Assembly (NCBI GenBank): GCA_963807635.1 | Contig: CAWEDJ010000071.1 | Span: 45,877 to 109,876 of the forward strand | DNA from: an uncultured cyanobacterium | GTDB taxonomy: Bacteria; Cyanobacteriota; Cyanobacteriia; Cyanobacteriales; Microcystaceae | Reading direction: 5' to 3' | DNA: 64,000 bases | Part shown: positions 33,531 through 46,549 of the stretch, in pieces | How positions within the stretch are numbered: position 1 is the stretch's first letter | Layout: each line of letters opens with the position of its first letter | Program-made: the position numbers and the translations under genes | Notes under the pieces: generated by a model | The model's input: only the letters and a program-made list of their open reading frames with translations | The model's database searches: none | Told to the model about the DNA's origin: nothing

Positions 33531-33660
33531 GGCTTGCTGAAAAAGACAGAAAAAACGGAAAACCTGCCGAAGTAGGGCAGAAAGATTGATCTGATTTTTT
33601 CTGTTAAGTTTGAAAACGAGGATAGAGCAAGGGTTTCAAGTTTTTAGTTTTTTCAATAAG
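33530..33660. mobile_element. MITE / internally deleted derivative of the IS5-family element
   Basis: Begins TA|GGGCTTGCTGAAAAAG, as the IS at 62353 does. The next ~50 bp match IS 62495-62544. It ends in a degenerate right end TTTTTTCAATAAG. Confidence 0.75.
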
Positions 33661-33799
33661 TTGGTCTTAATAATAATAACTGACGACAGAATAGGGCTTT
33701 ACATATTAACCTATTAAAGATAGAGCCTTCCTCAATGACGGGATTTTAGACTCATTTTTCTGATAAACTAGACAATAATCGCAATAAAAAGAATTTTTT

Positions 33800-34234
33800 A
33801 TGATAATACGAGCCATTGTCAGCATTTGTTTAGCTTGTGTCCTGTCTCTCGGCAGTTTACTCATCTCTCCCTCCGCGATCGCCCTCACCGAAATTCCCCT
33901 CATTGATATTTCCTACAAAGAATGTCCCTCCGAATTAGCAGAAGGAGGCGTGGGGAGTGGTTCTAGTGATCCTGTCAGTTGTTTTCTGGTAACAGGAAAA
34001 ACCAAAAATACCACAGGAAAAACCGTCTATGATGCCGATGTTTTTGGCTGGATTTATGATGCGAATAATGAACCTGCTATGCAGAATCGCAATCGCGTTG
34101 GATCTATCGCCGAAATTGAGCCTGGTATCCATGACTTTGAAGTACGAATTAGTGTACCCGCCAATCAACCGACTCCTTTAAAACTCGAAAAATTTAAAGC
34201 CTCTGGATTTACAGGAAAGGTTCGGAAATATTAG
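33800..34234 (+). CDS. Conserved hypothetical exported protein
   Basis: Signal peptide ending PSAIA, two Cys, and DADVFG.IYDANNEP..QNR.R.G. Confidence 0.7.
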   Translation: MIIRAIVSICLACVLSLGSLLISPSAIALTEIPLIDISYKECPSELAEGGVGSGSSDPVSCFLVTGKTKNTTGKTVYDADVFGWIYDANNEPAMQNRNRVGSIAEIEPGIHDFEVRISVPANQPTPLKLEKFKASGFTGKVRKY

Positions 34235-34321
34235 ATTTTAGCTAAAAATCATAGTAGGGGAAATTCGTTTAGTAGAGGCATCTTCTCTCTTTTCCCTATT
34301 TTCTTACTCCTTATCACTACA

Positions 34322-35382
34322 ATGAAAAATCGACAAAAATTCATGTTAGATTATTGTCTTAAAGTTCCCGTGGTTGGCTTTTTTCTGCTTAACTTAAATG
34401 CTTGCGACTGGATTAGTCAGCGATTTTTCCCCTCTACCCAATTTACAGCTCGCAACTTGGGAGTAATTGTCAATACGGCTGATCCTCTGAGTGTGCAAAT
34501 TGCGGAATATTATCAACGACAACGGAAAATTCCTCAGCAAAATATTATTAAAATTTCCTTTCCTGCTAATCGTTCTGAACTTTCGTCGGAAGAATTTTTA
34601 GCCTTACAAAGGAAGGTTAAAGCCCAAACACCGAGCCAAGTGGAAGGTTATGCTCTTACCTGGGCTGCCCCCTACCGAGTCGGTTGTATGTCGATTACCA
34701 GTGCCTTTGCCTTTGGCTATGACCAGTCTTATTGTGCCAATGGCTGTCAGCCGACTGCCGTGAATCCCTATTTCAATCAGGAAACGATTCATCCCTATCA
34801 AGATTTTAAAATGCGTCCGACTATGATGATCGCCGCGACGAATTTTACTGAAGCGAAGGGATTAATCGATCGCGGGGTGGCTTCGGATGCGACCTATCCC
34901 CCAGGACGGCCTATCTAATGGATACCAGTGATAAGGCTCGTAATGTGCGATCGCAGTTTTATCCTGCTGTGATCAATTATCTGGGTTCTCGTTTGCGGAT
35001 TGTGACTCCTAAAAGTGATGCCCTGGAAAATAAGACTGATGTGATGTTTTATATTACGGGACGCGCCCAGGTTAACAAAATTAAAACCAATCAATTCAGA
35101 CCAGGTGCGATCGCCGATCACCTCACTTCCCTGGGCGGACAACTCACCGATAGCTCCCAAATGAGTAGCCTACGTTGGCTAGAAGCAGGAGTAACGGGTA
35201 GTTATGGGGCAGTAGTCGAACCCTGCAACTTTTTGCAAAAATTTCCCCATCCAGGCGTAGTCATCCAATCCTATCTCAATGGAGCAACGCTATTAGAAAG
35301 TTATTGGCGAAGTGTGGCGTGGCCAGGCCAGGGCGTATTTATTGGAGAACCCCTAGCGCGTCCCTATGGTCAAAAATCTTAA
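34322..35382 (+). CDS. TIGR03790 family protein; frameshift near 34905
   Basis: V.VN..DP.S.QIAEYY...R.IP, PGAIADHLTS.GG, GSYGAVVEPCN and GEPLARPY. Confidence 0.82.
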
Positions 35383-36012
35383 ACAATCCCTGATCGCAGG
35401 GCAATCACTGCGGCTTGAACCCGATCATCAACGGATAACTTATTCATAATGCCCCGTACATGGGTTTTGATGGTATTGGTACTCAGATAAAGCACTTCAC
35501 CGATTTCGTTATTACTTTTCCCCTCCACAATTAACTTTAAAACGTCCATTTCCCGTTCTGACAGATTCGCGACTCCCGAATCGGTTTGTTGGAAGGTGGG
35601 TTTGAGATTATCGACGACTAAACGGGCAATTTGGGGATCTAAATAGGTTGCTCCGTCTTTTGCCGCCGCGATCGCGGCCAATAATCTATCTAAACTTGCT
35701 CCTTTGACGCAATAGGCATCGGCTCCACTGGATAGGGCCGCAACGACTTCTGTTTGTAGGGTGTGGGAAGTGAGCATAACAATATGTACCTTCGGCAATT
35801 TTTCCTTAATTTGCTTGGTAGCCGCAATCCCATCTAAACGGGGCAGACCAATATCCATAATGATCAAATCAGGCTGAAGTGCGATCGCCTGTTGCACTGC
35901 CGTATAACCATCTTCGGCTTGTCCAATGATCGTAAAGCCAGGTTGTTCACTCAGGGCTTGTTCCAGGCCCTAATTGCATGAGCGGATCATCTTCGACAAT
36001 TAAAATTCGCAT
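35379..36012 (-). CDS. NarL/LuxR-family DNA-binding response regulator; frameshift near 35968
   Basis: MRILIVEDD start at 36012; MDIGLP; LSEREMDVLKLIVEGKSN.EI...L.LS.NTIKTHV HTH. Confidence 0.92.
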
Positions 36013-36112
36013 AAAGTTCGTACCCCATAGTTCGGTCATTGACGAGCGGAGAACCGTTTCACCCATTCGGGGGAAGTGCAACAATTACTAGTTTAGGCAA
36101 TCTTTAGATAGA

Positions 36113-37701
36113 GTGAATCGATTTCGGTTAAATTCTTTGCAATTATTTCACTTTTCTGGAAATATATGGGCAAAATTAGGTTCATTCTTAGGAAAATCTA
36201 TGATTTCTTTTCTTTCTAAGAAATACAAAAACCCTTGGCTTCTGCTTTTATTCATCGCGATCGCCTATGGAGGAATTGATTTCTTTTTTCTCCAGTACCA
36301 GCACTCACCCCAGGCTTTTTGGGTACTCCAGGCGTTTATGATAGTTACTGCCACAACAACCGTGCTTTTAGTCGTCGCGATCGCCAAACGTCAACGGATT
36401 GAACAGCAATTACGCCATACCCTAGAACGGGATCGACTGCTTGCAGAAGTTGCCCTGAAAATTCGACAATCTTTGGAATTAGGAGAAATTTGTCAAACCA
36501 CCGTGACAGAAGTGCGGGAATTATTGCAGGTGGATCGGGTCTATATCGGCTTTGTACAAGAGCAAACCTTTCGGGTGGTAGCCGAAGCGATCGCCCCTGA
36601 TCAAATATCTCTTTTAGATTGGCAAGAGCAAGTCCCCAGTTATGAAGAAATCGCGCCTTTTATTCCTCAAAAAGTGATTATTGCTGATAATATTGCTGAC
36701 TTGGATATACTCAAACCGTTAAAAACCTATTATCAACATTACCAAATTAAATCTCTCCTCGCCGTTCCCTGGTGACCCAGGATCAAACCCTCGGCTTACT
36801 GGTTGCCCATCAATGTTCTCGATTTCGACATTGGCAAAAGGGAGAAGTCCGTTTATTAGAACAATTAGGGACTCAAGTGGCGATCGCGGTGCAACAGGCC
36901 CAACTCTATCAACAGGTGCAAATTCTTAACAGTAATTTAGAAAAACAGGTGCGATCGCGTACTTTGGAACTCGAAGATCGAATGCTGGAACTCGAAGAGC
37001 TACAGGAAATGAAAGCCGTCTTTTTGCAAGCCGTTTCCCACGATCTCCGCACTTCTATGATGGGTTTATTGATGTTATTGAAAAATCTACAAAATCGACC
37101 TGGCGACAATATAAGCCTTTCCCGTTCCATCCTCGACCGTCTGATCCAAAGCGGCGATCGGCAACTTACCCTATTAAATGCTCTCTCTGAAAATCACTTT
37201 GCAGAAAATCGTCCCCTCCTCTTAAATCGTCAACCCATTAATTTGAGTAACTTTTTAGATCAAATTTTGCAAGAATGGCGATCGCCTTTTTCCCAAAATC
37301 AAGTCAGTATCACCCATAAAATTCCCGACACATTTCCCCCTATCTTTGCCGATGTTCAATTTTTAAAACAAGTGTTTGATAATCTCTTAACCAATGCTCT
37401 CAAACACAATCCGCCTGGAATTCAATTGGCGATCAAAGCCCATATCGAAGGAAACATGATGCGTTGTCTGCTTATTGATAATGGTGTCGGCATGGATCAA
37501 CAGCAATGTGAAAAATTATTTCATCTTTATCTCAGAAGTTTACATAATCAACGACTCACGGGAATTGGTCTGGGATGTTATCAATGTCGGCAAATTATTG
37601 AAGCACATGGGGGACAAATCGGGGTTTCCAGTATTCTCCAAAAAGGCAGTCAATTTTGGTTTACCTTACCCCTAGCTCAATCGGCAAAAACAGCTATTTG
37701 A
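36113..37701 (+). CDS. Membrane GAF-domain sensor histidine kinase; frameshift near 36770
   Basis: TM segments, GAF (IRQSLEL..I...TV.EVR), H-box VSHDLRT, N-box NLLTNALKH, DNGVG and G.GLG. Confidence 0.9.
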
Positions 37702-37707
37702 AACCTG

Positions 37708-37809
37708 TAAGCTGTTAATTATCTAAAATACATACAGGCAAGGGGCTTAAGCCCCTTGTTAAAAGACTTTCAAGAAAATCATTATGCAATCTAAATTTGT
37801 GACAGCTTA
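37708..37809. mobile_element. 102-bp MITE-like element, copy 2, with a perfect REP core
   Basis: TIR TAAGCTGT/ACAGCTTA; core CAAGGGGCTTAAGCCCCTTG at 37739-37758. Confidence 0.82.
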
Positions 37810-37861
37810 TCTTTTTATAAGCAACTCTAGCCAATTATTTTAACTAAAAAAATCAGACTAT

Positions 37862-38956
37862 TTATGCCTCTAAAGGTTTAATAGCAACCCAGTATTTGCT
37901 GACTAAATGATTTTCTATTTGTACTGTCCTAAAACCACATTCCTCTAGACGAATTACCAAATCATCTGTGATGTAATGACGATAATAGGGTTCATGGAAA
38001 AGCAGTGGAAAATTTTCCATCACAGGTTGAAAATCGGGAGAATCGATCACCTGAATCGAATCACAAATCACAAAGACTCCGCCAGGTTGGAGAACTCGAA
38101 AAGCTTCTTGAATAACATTTTGTCGAGCTTCGGGAGGTAATTCATGGAACAAAAAAACACTAGTAACCGCCGAAAAATAGTTATCTAAATAGGGTAACGT
38201 TTCTGCATTGGCTCGGATTAACTGGGGTAATTCTCCCAACTCTTGAGACAACATCTGATTGGCTTTTCGCAGATAGGTCGGGGACAAATCCACTCCAAAC
38301 AAAGATGCTTTCGGAAAAGTTGCCCGCAACATTTTCAGCGATCGCCCCGTTCCGCAGGCCACATCTAAAATTTTTGAAGATTGATCAGAAAATTCGGCAA
38401 CAGTAGGTAAATTTTCCTTAACCAGTTTCAAAATCCGACGACGCATCCCATCCGCCGCCCCATTGAAGAGAATTTCTACTTGTAAATCGTAGAGATTAGC
38501 CGACATTTCCCCCAAATAGCCGTCCGTTTGATAGTGGAAATTTTGCAAATAATAGGCGGGATAGCCTTCTAGATCAATATCTGGGGAAAAGTTTTGATAT
38601 TTTTTTTGCTTGACTCTTTGCCAAACATTTGGTAGATCCAGCCATAAAGCAGGATAATAACGCAAAAAATTCTCCCATTCATGATCAAATAACAAACTCA
38701 CGGGATATACCCCCGCCTGGGCATCTTGCCATTCAACGGCGAATAGTTCCTTCCTGAGAGTTTGGAGTTTCGCCGTCAATTCCGCCGAGAGAGGAGTCGT
38801 CTTTTTTTGGCAATCGGGCAGAAATAAATCCGTTAATCGATTCTTAAGCGTCTTATCAAGGAGTCCAAAGGCGGCCTTTCCATCCTGGAGGGTTTGATAG
38901 GCTAATTGAGTCCAATCGGATGGAATTAACTGGTCTAAATTTGGGAATGATTGCAT
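37862..38956 (-). CDS. Class I SAM-dependent methyltransferase
   Basis: ILDVACGTG, GVDLS and FLFHELP; cyanobacterial YYLQNFHYQTDGY motif. Confidence 0.9.
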   Translation of the reverse strand: MQSFPNLDQLIPSDWTQLAYQTLQDGKAAFGLLDKTLKNRLTDLFLPDCQKKTTPLSAELTAKLQTLRKELFAVEWQDAQAGVYPVSLLFDHEWENFLRYYPALWLDLPNVWQRVKQKKYQNFSPDIDLEGYPAYYLQNFHYQTDGYLGEMSANLYDLQVEILFNGAADGMRRRILKLVKENLPTVAEFSDQSSKILDVACGTGRSLKMLRATFPKASLFGVDLSPTYLRKANQMLSQELGELPQLIRANAETLPYLDNYFSAVTSVFLFHELPPEARQNVIQEAFRVLQPGGVFVICDSIQVIDSPDFQPVMENFPLLFHEPYYRHYITDDLVIRLEECGFRTVQIENHLVSKYWVAIKPLEA

Positions 38957-39006
38957 TTTTTCAAATTATTTTAAGTGAATCTAAATTAATGACTCGATAT
39001 CAATTT

Positions 39007-39354
39007 CTATAGACCTCTAGATTTCAGTAGATCAGTTAGATACTGAAATAACTCATGCGCAGTAAAGTACTGTTCTTCTTCCGATGCCTTAACTATCACA
39101 TACCAAGGTTTGGGTGAAACTTGTGTCAAAACAGTAGTTGTGTCATTTGACTTGCTGAAATCTAAGGTAGGATAAGGTACTAATTCACCACAGGAATATA
39201 CCAGTTTGGCTTCAACGGCACGAGTACACAAATCTAGTAATTTTTCTCTAGCTCCCAGAGAAGTGCCATCTCTTCGGTAAGGCATAACTTGACTGCCAGA
39301 AGGTTTTGGCGGATACTCTGGAACAGATGATGGATGTTGAGGAATACGAGTCAT
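39007..39354 (-). CDS. Hypothetical protein, divergent from and start-overlapping the next gene
   Basis: Open frame of 115 aa from ATG 39354 with a Pro-rich N-terminus and amphipathic C-terminal helix; no RBS seen. Confidence 0.45.
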   Translation of the reverse strand: MTRIPQHPSSVPEYPPKPSGSQVMPYRRDGTSLGAREKLLDLCTRAVEAKLVYSCGELVPYPTLDFSKSNDTTTVLTQVSPKPWYVIVKASEEEQYFTAHELFQYLTDLLKSRGL

Positions 39355-39898
39355 GGCAGAATTAGATGAAGAATCTAGCGATGTTAATAATCTTAACAAT
39401 TCGACTAACAATCTGGATTTAATTTATGAATACACTGCCTCTATTCTGAAAGCTTTCGACGAAGATACAAAGGCTATTAATGCGAAATTAGGGACTATAA
39501 TTGCTTTTAATGGAGTTCTTATCCGAATTTCAATGGATTTGCCAGATCAATTAACGAAAATCAGAGGGATACCCTGTTATTCCTGTTTGATTATCAAGAT
39601 TGTAATTTTTTTCCTACTGATCTGCTCAATTTGGATTAGTATTACTGGATTAAAAACTCGTCCCTCTTATTCGATAGTCAGACCAGGTGAACTATTGGAT
39701 AATTGGTATGCGGTAGATAGTGAAATATGCAAAATTTTTATTGTTAAGGGTTTACGAGAGGCTGTAGAAGGAGTCGATAGAGAAAGAGCGGAAAAATCCA
39801 ATCAACTTAATCGTTCTTTGACATCATTAGCTATTGCAGTGACTTTATATGGATTTGGCGCATTATTTCCTAATCTTGTTCACGTCATCACTAACTGA
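39353..39898 (+). CDS. Hypothetical multi-TM protein resembling Pycsar-effector (PycTM)-like membrane proteins
   Basis: RBS GAGGA at 39339-39343; Y...D...INAKLGTIIAFNGVLI, a second TM, and EKSNQLNRSL followed by a terminal TM. Confidence 0.6.
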   Translation: MAELDEESSDVNNLNNSTNNLDLIYEYTASILKAFDEDTKAINAKLGTIIAFNGVLIRISMDLPDQLTKIRGIPCYSCLIIKIVIFFLLICSIWISITGLKTRPSYSIVRPGELLDNWYAVDSEICKIFIVKGLREAVEGVDRERAEKSNQLNRSLTSLAIAVTLYGFGALFPNLVHVITN

Positions 39899-40013
39899 GA
39901 ACGACTGAAATATATTTACCGAAATTTAATAATTTGCTCAATAAAGTTTATTTTCTTGCTGAAGACGAATGATTTGAGTAAAATCTAATCACCGTAAACT
40001 TTCCTCGAATCCT

Positions 40014-40786
40014 ATGACCTCTGATCGCGATCGCACCATTCTTTCTGCCCATAACCTTTGTAAAAATTTTGGTGGACTCAAAGCCGTCAATAACGCCAAT
40101 ATTTCAGTCAAAGAAGGCAGTATCACAGGATTAATTGGCCCTAATGGCGCAGGAAAGACCACGATGTTCAACTTACTCTCCAATTTCATCCATCCCGATG
40201 AAGGCCAAGTCATTTTTAATGGCAATCCCATTCAAGACCTGACTCCCCATAAAATTGCGCGAGAAGGCTGTATCCGCACCTTTCAAGTGGCCAGAGTGCT
40301 TTCTCGTTTAACGGTACTGGAAAATATGTTATTAGCAAATCAACAGCAAACAGGAGAAAATTTCCTCAAATTGTGGATCAACCAGGGAAAAGTCAAACAG
40401 GAAGAAAGAAAAAATAAAGAACAAGCCTTATCAATTTTAGAATCCGTAGGATTAATTGAAAAAGCCCAGGATTATGCAGGAGCCTTATCAGGGGGACAGC
40501 GAAAATTACTGGAAATGGCAGAACGCTGATGACTAATCCAAAGTTAATCCTACTAGATGAACCCGCCGCAGGCGTTAATCCGACCCTCATTGGTCAAATT
40601 TGTGAACATATCATCAATTGGAATAAACAGGGAATTTCATTTTTGATTATTGAACATAACATGGACGTGATCATGTCTCTGTGTCATCACGTCTGGGTTT
40701 TGGCCGAGGGAACCAATTTAGCCGATGGTACACCCGAACAAATCCAGCAAAGTCCCCAGGTACTGGAAGCTTATTTGGGAGAATAG
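40014..40786 (+). CDS. Branched-chain/neutral amino acid ABC transporter ATP-binding subunit (LivG/NatA-like); frameshift near 40520
   Basis: GPNGAGKTT, RTFQ, LSGGQRKLLE, LLDEPAAGVNP and IEHNMD. Confidence 0.9.
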
Positions 40787-40849
40787 AAAAAATAGAGTAC
40801 AATAGTAGTTTTGGGAAAGTAATCCATCAGATAGGAGAAAAACGCTTAT

Positions 40850-41458
40850 ATGTCTCGTTATAGAGGCCCACGCCTTCGTATTACCCGACGCTTAGGAGAA
40901 TTACCAGGTTTATCCCGTAAAACTGCCCGTCGTGCCTACCCCCCTGGTCAACATGGGCAAAACCGTAAAAAACGTTCCGAGTATGCGGTTCGTCTTGAAG
41001 AAAAACAAAAACTGCGTTTCAACTACGGTATTACCGAGACTCAGTTGATTCGTTACGTGAAAAAAGCTCGTCGTGCGACAGGTTCTACGGGAGAAGCTCT
41101 GTTGCAATTGCTAGAAATGCGTCTAGACAATACCATTTTTCGCTTAGGAATGTCTGGTACGATTCCTGCGGCTCGTCAATTGGTCAGTCATGGTCACATT
41201 TTGGTGAATGGTCGAGTTGTTGATATTCCGAGTTATCAATGCCGTCCTGGGGATGTCATTGGGGTGAAGAACAGAGAACGCTCTCGTCAATTGGTGCAAA
41301 CCAACATGGAGTATCCAGGTCTTGCTAACCTGCCCACCCATCTGGAGTTTGATAAAAACGCCCTGGTTGGTAAGGTGAATAGTGTGATTGATCGTGAATG
41401 GGTTGCGCTACAAATTAACGAACTGCTGGTCGTTGAGTTTTACTCTCGGAAAGCTTAG
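40850..41458 (+). CDS. rpsD: 30S ribosomal protein S4
   Basis: [27 protein letters not shown] and LLVVEFYSR. Confidence 0.99.
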   Translation: MSRYRGPRLRITRRLGELPGLSRKTARRAYPPGQHGQNRKKRSEYAVRLEEKQKLRFNYGITETQLIRYVKKARRATGSTGEALLQLLEMRLDNTIFRLGMSGTIPAARQLVSHGHILVNGRVVDIPSYQCRPGDVIGVKNRERSRQLVQTNMEYPGLANLPTHLEFDKNALVGKVNSVIDREWVALQINELLVVEFYSRKA

Positions 41459-41518
41459 GTTTTGGGATTCGGAATTGGGAAGAATATTTAGTTCCCAGTT
41501 CCTTGTTTTCCCAAGGGT

Positions 41519-42142
41519 TTGATCTTTATCCGTTATTTTGTTGTGTTAGCTAACACTGTATCGACTATTAAATTGCTCAAAAGCGCGACCCAATCGGCTT
41601 GGATTGACCAGGCAATCGCGAATTTGGATGTTATTTTATTAGACCATTCCCACTGTGAACGAAAGGCGGCGGGCGTGGCCTTAAATTTTTTGTTTCGCTA
41701 TCCTGCCCATGAATTGTTAGTCCGTCGGTTAACGGCGATCGCCCAGGAAGAATTAGAACATTTTGAACAGGTTAATCAGTGGTTAGAAAAGCGGGGCATT
41801 CCCTTGGCTCCCTTGACTCCTTCTCCCTACGGCGGAAAATTAAAGGGACAAGTCCGACGGGATGAACCTGAGCATTTACTCGATTCTTTGCTGGTTGCGG
41901 CTCTCATTGAAGCCCGTTCCCACGAACGTCTGGGTTTGCTCGCCGATCATTGCCCTGAGCCTGCTTTAGCCCAATTTTATCGAGGATTAATGGCTTCAGA
42001 AGCTCGCCATTACGGTATTTACTGGGTTTTAGCGGACACCTATTTTGAACGGGAAGCAATACAATCTCGTTTGGAAGAATTATCGATATTTGAGAGTGAA
42101 ATTTTGGTTTCCCTACATTCCCAACCTCGCATTCATAGTTAA
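41519..42142 (+). CDS. miaE: tRNA-(ms2io6A) hydroxylase (ferritin-like)
   Basis: DHSHCERKAA, EELEHF, IEARSHER and SEARH di-iron ligands. Confidence 0.9.
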   Translation: MIFIRYFVVLANTVSTIKLLKSATQSAWIDQAIANLDVILLDHSHCERKAAGVALNFLFRYPAHELLVRRLTAIAQEELEHFEQVNQWLEKRGIPLAPLTPSPYGGKLKGQVRRDEPEHLLDSLLVAALIEARSHERLGLLADHCPEPALAQFYRGLMASEARHYGIYWVLADTYFEREAIQSRLEELSIFESEILVSLHSQPRIHS

Positions 42143-42450
42143 CGAGGTGATTGAGCGTTTAAAGCTAATTTTGAAAACGTAGGTTTCCAATCTAAACTGG
42201 ATATGGGATCAAATAGGATGTTTGGATCAAAATTGATGATCTACCTGATCAATATCCTAAGAGGTTCGGAGATCTACCCAGAAAAAGCGTTATTCTACGG
42301 TGTATTATCAAACTTGATGAGTCGGAGTAGTCCCCTGCGATCGCGCTCAGTGAGAGTCTATTCCCCATCGCTAAGATAAGCCAAAAAGTCTAATTTTTAG
42401 CGAAACCCCCCTTTCCTTTAGCCAAAGCATTTTTTAAGTCTAAGTGTCCT

Positions 42451-43186
42451 ATGAATGAAGAGCAAATTCCCGTCGAAACCTCCAACGAGTCTATGGAAAA
42501 TATTACGGCAGAAGTGCCAGCTCCCTCGGGCACAGAAACCAGCGCAGAGGTTGAGGTAATGCCCGAAAATCTGGAGGATTCATCTCCCCAATCTGAAAAA
42601 TCCCCAGAATCGACTCCAGTGATTTCTCCTGAAGAGGCGATCGCCGAATTACAGCAAAAAATAGCCAGTCATCAGCAAGAAATTGTCCAACAGGCAGAAG
42701 AACTAGATGGTTACAAAAAACGCTATATCACCCTAGCCGCTGAATTCGATAATTATCGCAAACGTACTCAAAGAGAGCAAAAAGATCTGGAACATCAGGT
42801 CAAACGCAAAACCATCACTGAATTATTGTCAGTGGTTGATAACTTTGAGCGGCCAGAACCCAACTCAAACCCAGTAGTGACGGTGAAATGGAAATTCACA
42901 AAAGCTACCAGAGTGTTTATAAAAGCTTTGCTGATAGCCTAAAACGCCTCGGAGTCTCGCCCATGCGCCCCGAAGGTCAATTATTTGACCCCAACTACCA
43001 TGAAGCCATGTTGCGGGAATACACCAACGATCACCCTGAAGGAACGATTCTTGAGGAATTAGTGCGGGGTTATTTGCTCGGCGATCAAGTCCTGCGGCAC
43101 TCAATGGTCAAAGTTGCGGCCCCCAGGAAACCGTTACACCCGCCGAAGAAGAAGCAACGGAATCTCCCGAAAACAACGAGTCCTAA
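42451..43186 (+). CDS. grpE: Nucleotide exchange factor GrpE; frameshifts near 42850 and 43120
   Basis: [25 protein letters not shown] and [14 protein letters not shown]. Confidence 0.95.
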
Positions 43187-43277
43187 AATTAAGCGGTTGA
43201 AATGGTTGCCCTTCGACTTTTTTTGGGCAAACTTGTAAATGAACCCGCAGAAAGACCATCTTTTTTTAATCGTTTAA

Positions 43278-45333
<2,056 letters not shown>

Positions 45334-45415
45334 TGATGTTTTGCCAGGAGTTTGCTACAGTAAACACTAAGCCGATGTAAACTAATCTTAACAAGAACAA
45401 TCAGAGTAAGGCCCT

Positions 45416-46549
45416 ATGGCAGCGGACTATTACGAAATCCTTGGCGTTTCCAGAGACGCAAGCAAAGAAGACCTGAAACGTGCCTATCGTCGTTTGGCGC
45501 GGAAATATCATCCTGACGTAAATAAGGAAGCAGGGGCAGAAGACCGCTTTAAAGAGGTGAATCGTGCCTACGAAGTGCTTTCAGAACCAGAAACTCGTGC
45601 GCGTTACGACCAATTTGGAGAAGCAGGAGTGAGTGGTGCGGCGGGGGCATCAGGTTTTGAATATGGGGATATGGGCGGATTTGCTGATATCTTTGAAACA
45701 ATTTTTGGCGGATTTGGGGGCGCGGCAGCAGGAGCAGGCTCGGCTAGACGACGGACAGGACCTACTCGTGGAGATGATCTGCGGTTAGATCTCAGACTCA
45801 ATTTTCGAGAAGCGATTTTTGGGGGAGAAAAGGAAATTCGTATTCCCCATTTAGAATCCTGTCAAGCCTGTCAAGGTTCGGGGGCAAAGGCGGGTACGGG
45901 ATCGCGCACTTGTGCCACTTGTAATGGGGCGGGTCAAGTTAGACGGGCGACTCGGACTCCCTTTGGTAGTTTTGCTCAGGTTTCTGCCTGTCCTACCTGT
46001 AATGGGGCAGGAGAGGTGATTGAGGAGAAATGTGAGGTTTGTAATGGCGTGGGTCGGAAGCAAGAAACTAAAAAATTAAAAATCTCTATTCCCCCTGGCG
46101 TGGATGATGGGACTCGGTTGCGGGTTTCACGGGAAGGGGATGCGGGACTCCGAGGCGGGCCTGCGGGAGATTTGTATGTCTATCTCATGGTGGAGGCGGA
46201 TCGAGAGTTTACCCGTGAGGGAATTAATATCCGCTCTGAAATTACCATTAGCTATTTACAGGCTATTCTGGGTTGCCGTTTAACGGTTAATACGGTTGAT
46301 CGGCCCGATGAATTGACGATTCCTTCTGGAACCCAACCGAATACGGTCTTAACGCTAGAAAATAAAGGCGTGCCTAAGTTGGGCAATGCGACCCTCCGAG
46401 GCGATCACCTAATTACGGTGAAGATCAATATTCCCACCCGTATTAATTCGGAAGAGCGGGAGTTATTGGAAAAATTAGCGGGTATTAAGGGAGAAGGTCA
46501 CGGAAAAGGTGGTTTGGAAGGATTTATTGGAGGATTTTTCCATAAATGA
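45416..46549 (+). CDS. dnaJ: Chaperone DnaJ
   Basis: J-domain HPD, G/F region and four CxxCxGxG repeats. Confidence 0.98.
   Translation: MAADYYEILGVSRDASKEDLKRAYRRLARKYHPDVNKEAGAEDRFKEVNRAYEVLSEPETRARYDQFGEAGVSGAAGASGFEYGDMGGFADIFETIFGGFGGAAAGAGSARRRTGPTRGDDLRLDLRLNFREAIFGGEKEIRIPHLESCQACQGSGAKAGTGSRTCATCNGAGQVRRATRTPFGSFAQVSACPTCNGAGEVIEEKCEVCNGVGRKQETKKLKISIPPGVDDGTRLRVSREGDAGLRGGPAGDLYVYLMVEADREFTREGINIRSEITISYLQAILGCRLTVNTVDRPDELTIPSGTQPNTVLTLENKGVPKLGNATLRGDHLITVKINIPTRINSEERELLEKLAGIKGEGHGKGGLEGFIGGFFHK

Noticed and set aside
42264..42279. K-box or CIRCE-like element upstream of grpE-dnaK
   Set aside because: Only GTTCGG matches. The CCNNAC half is absent and there is no CIRCE inverted repeat.
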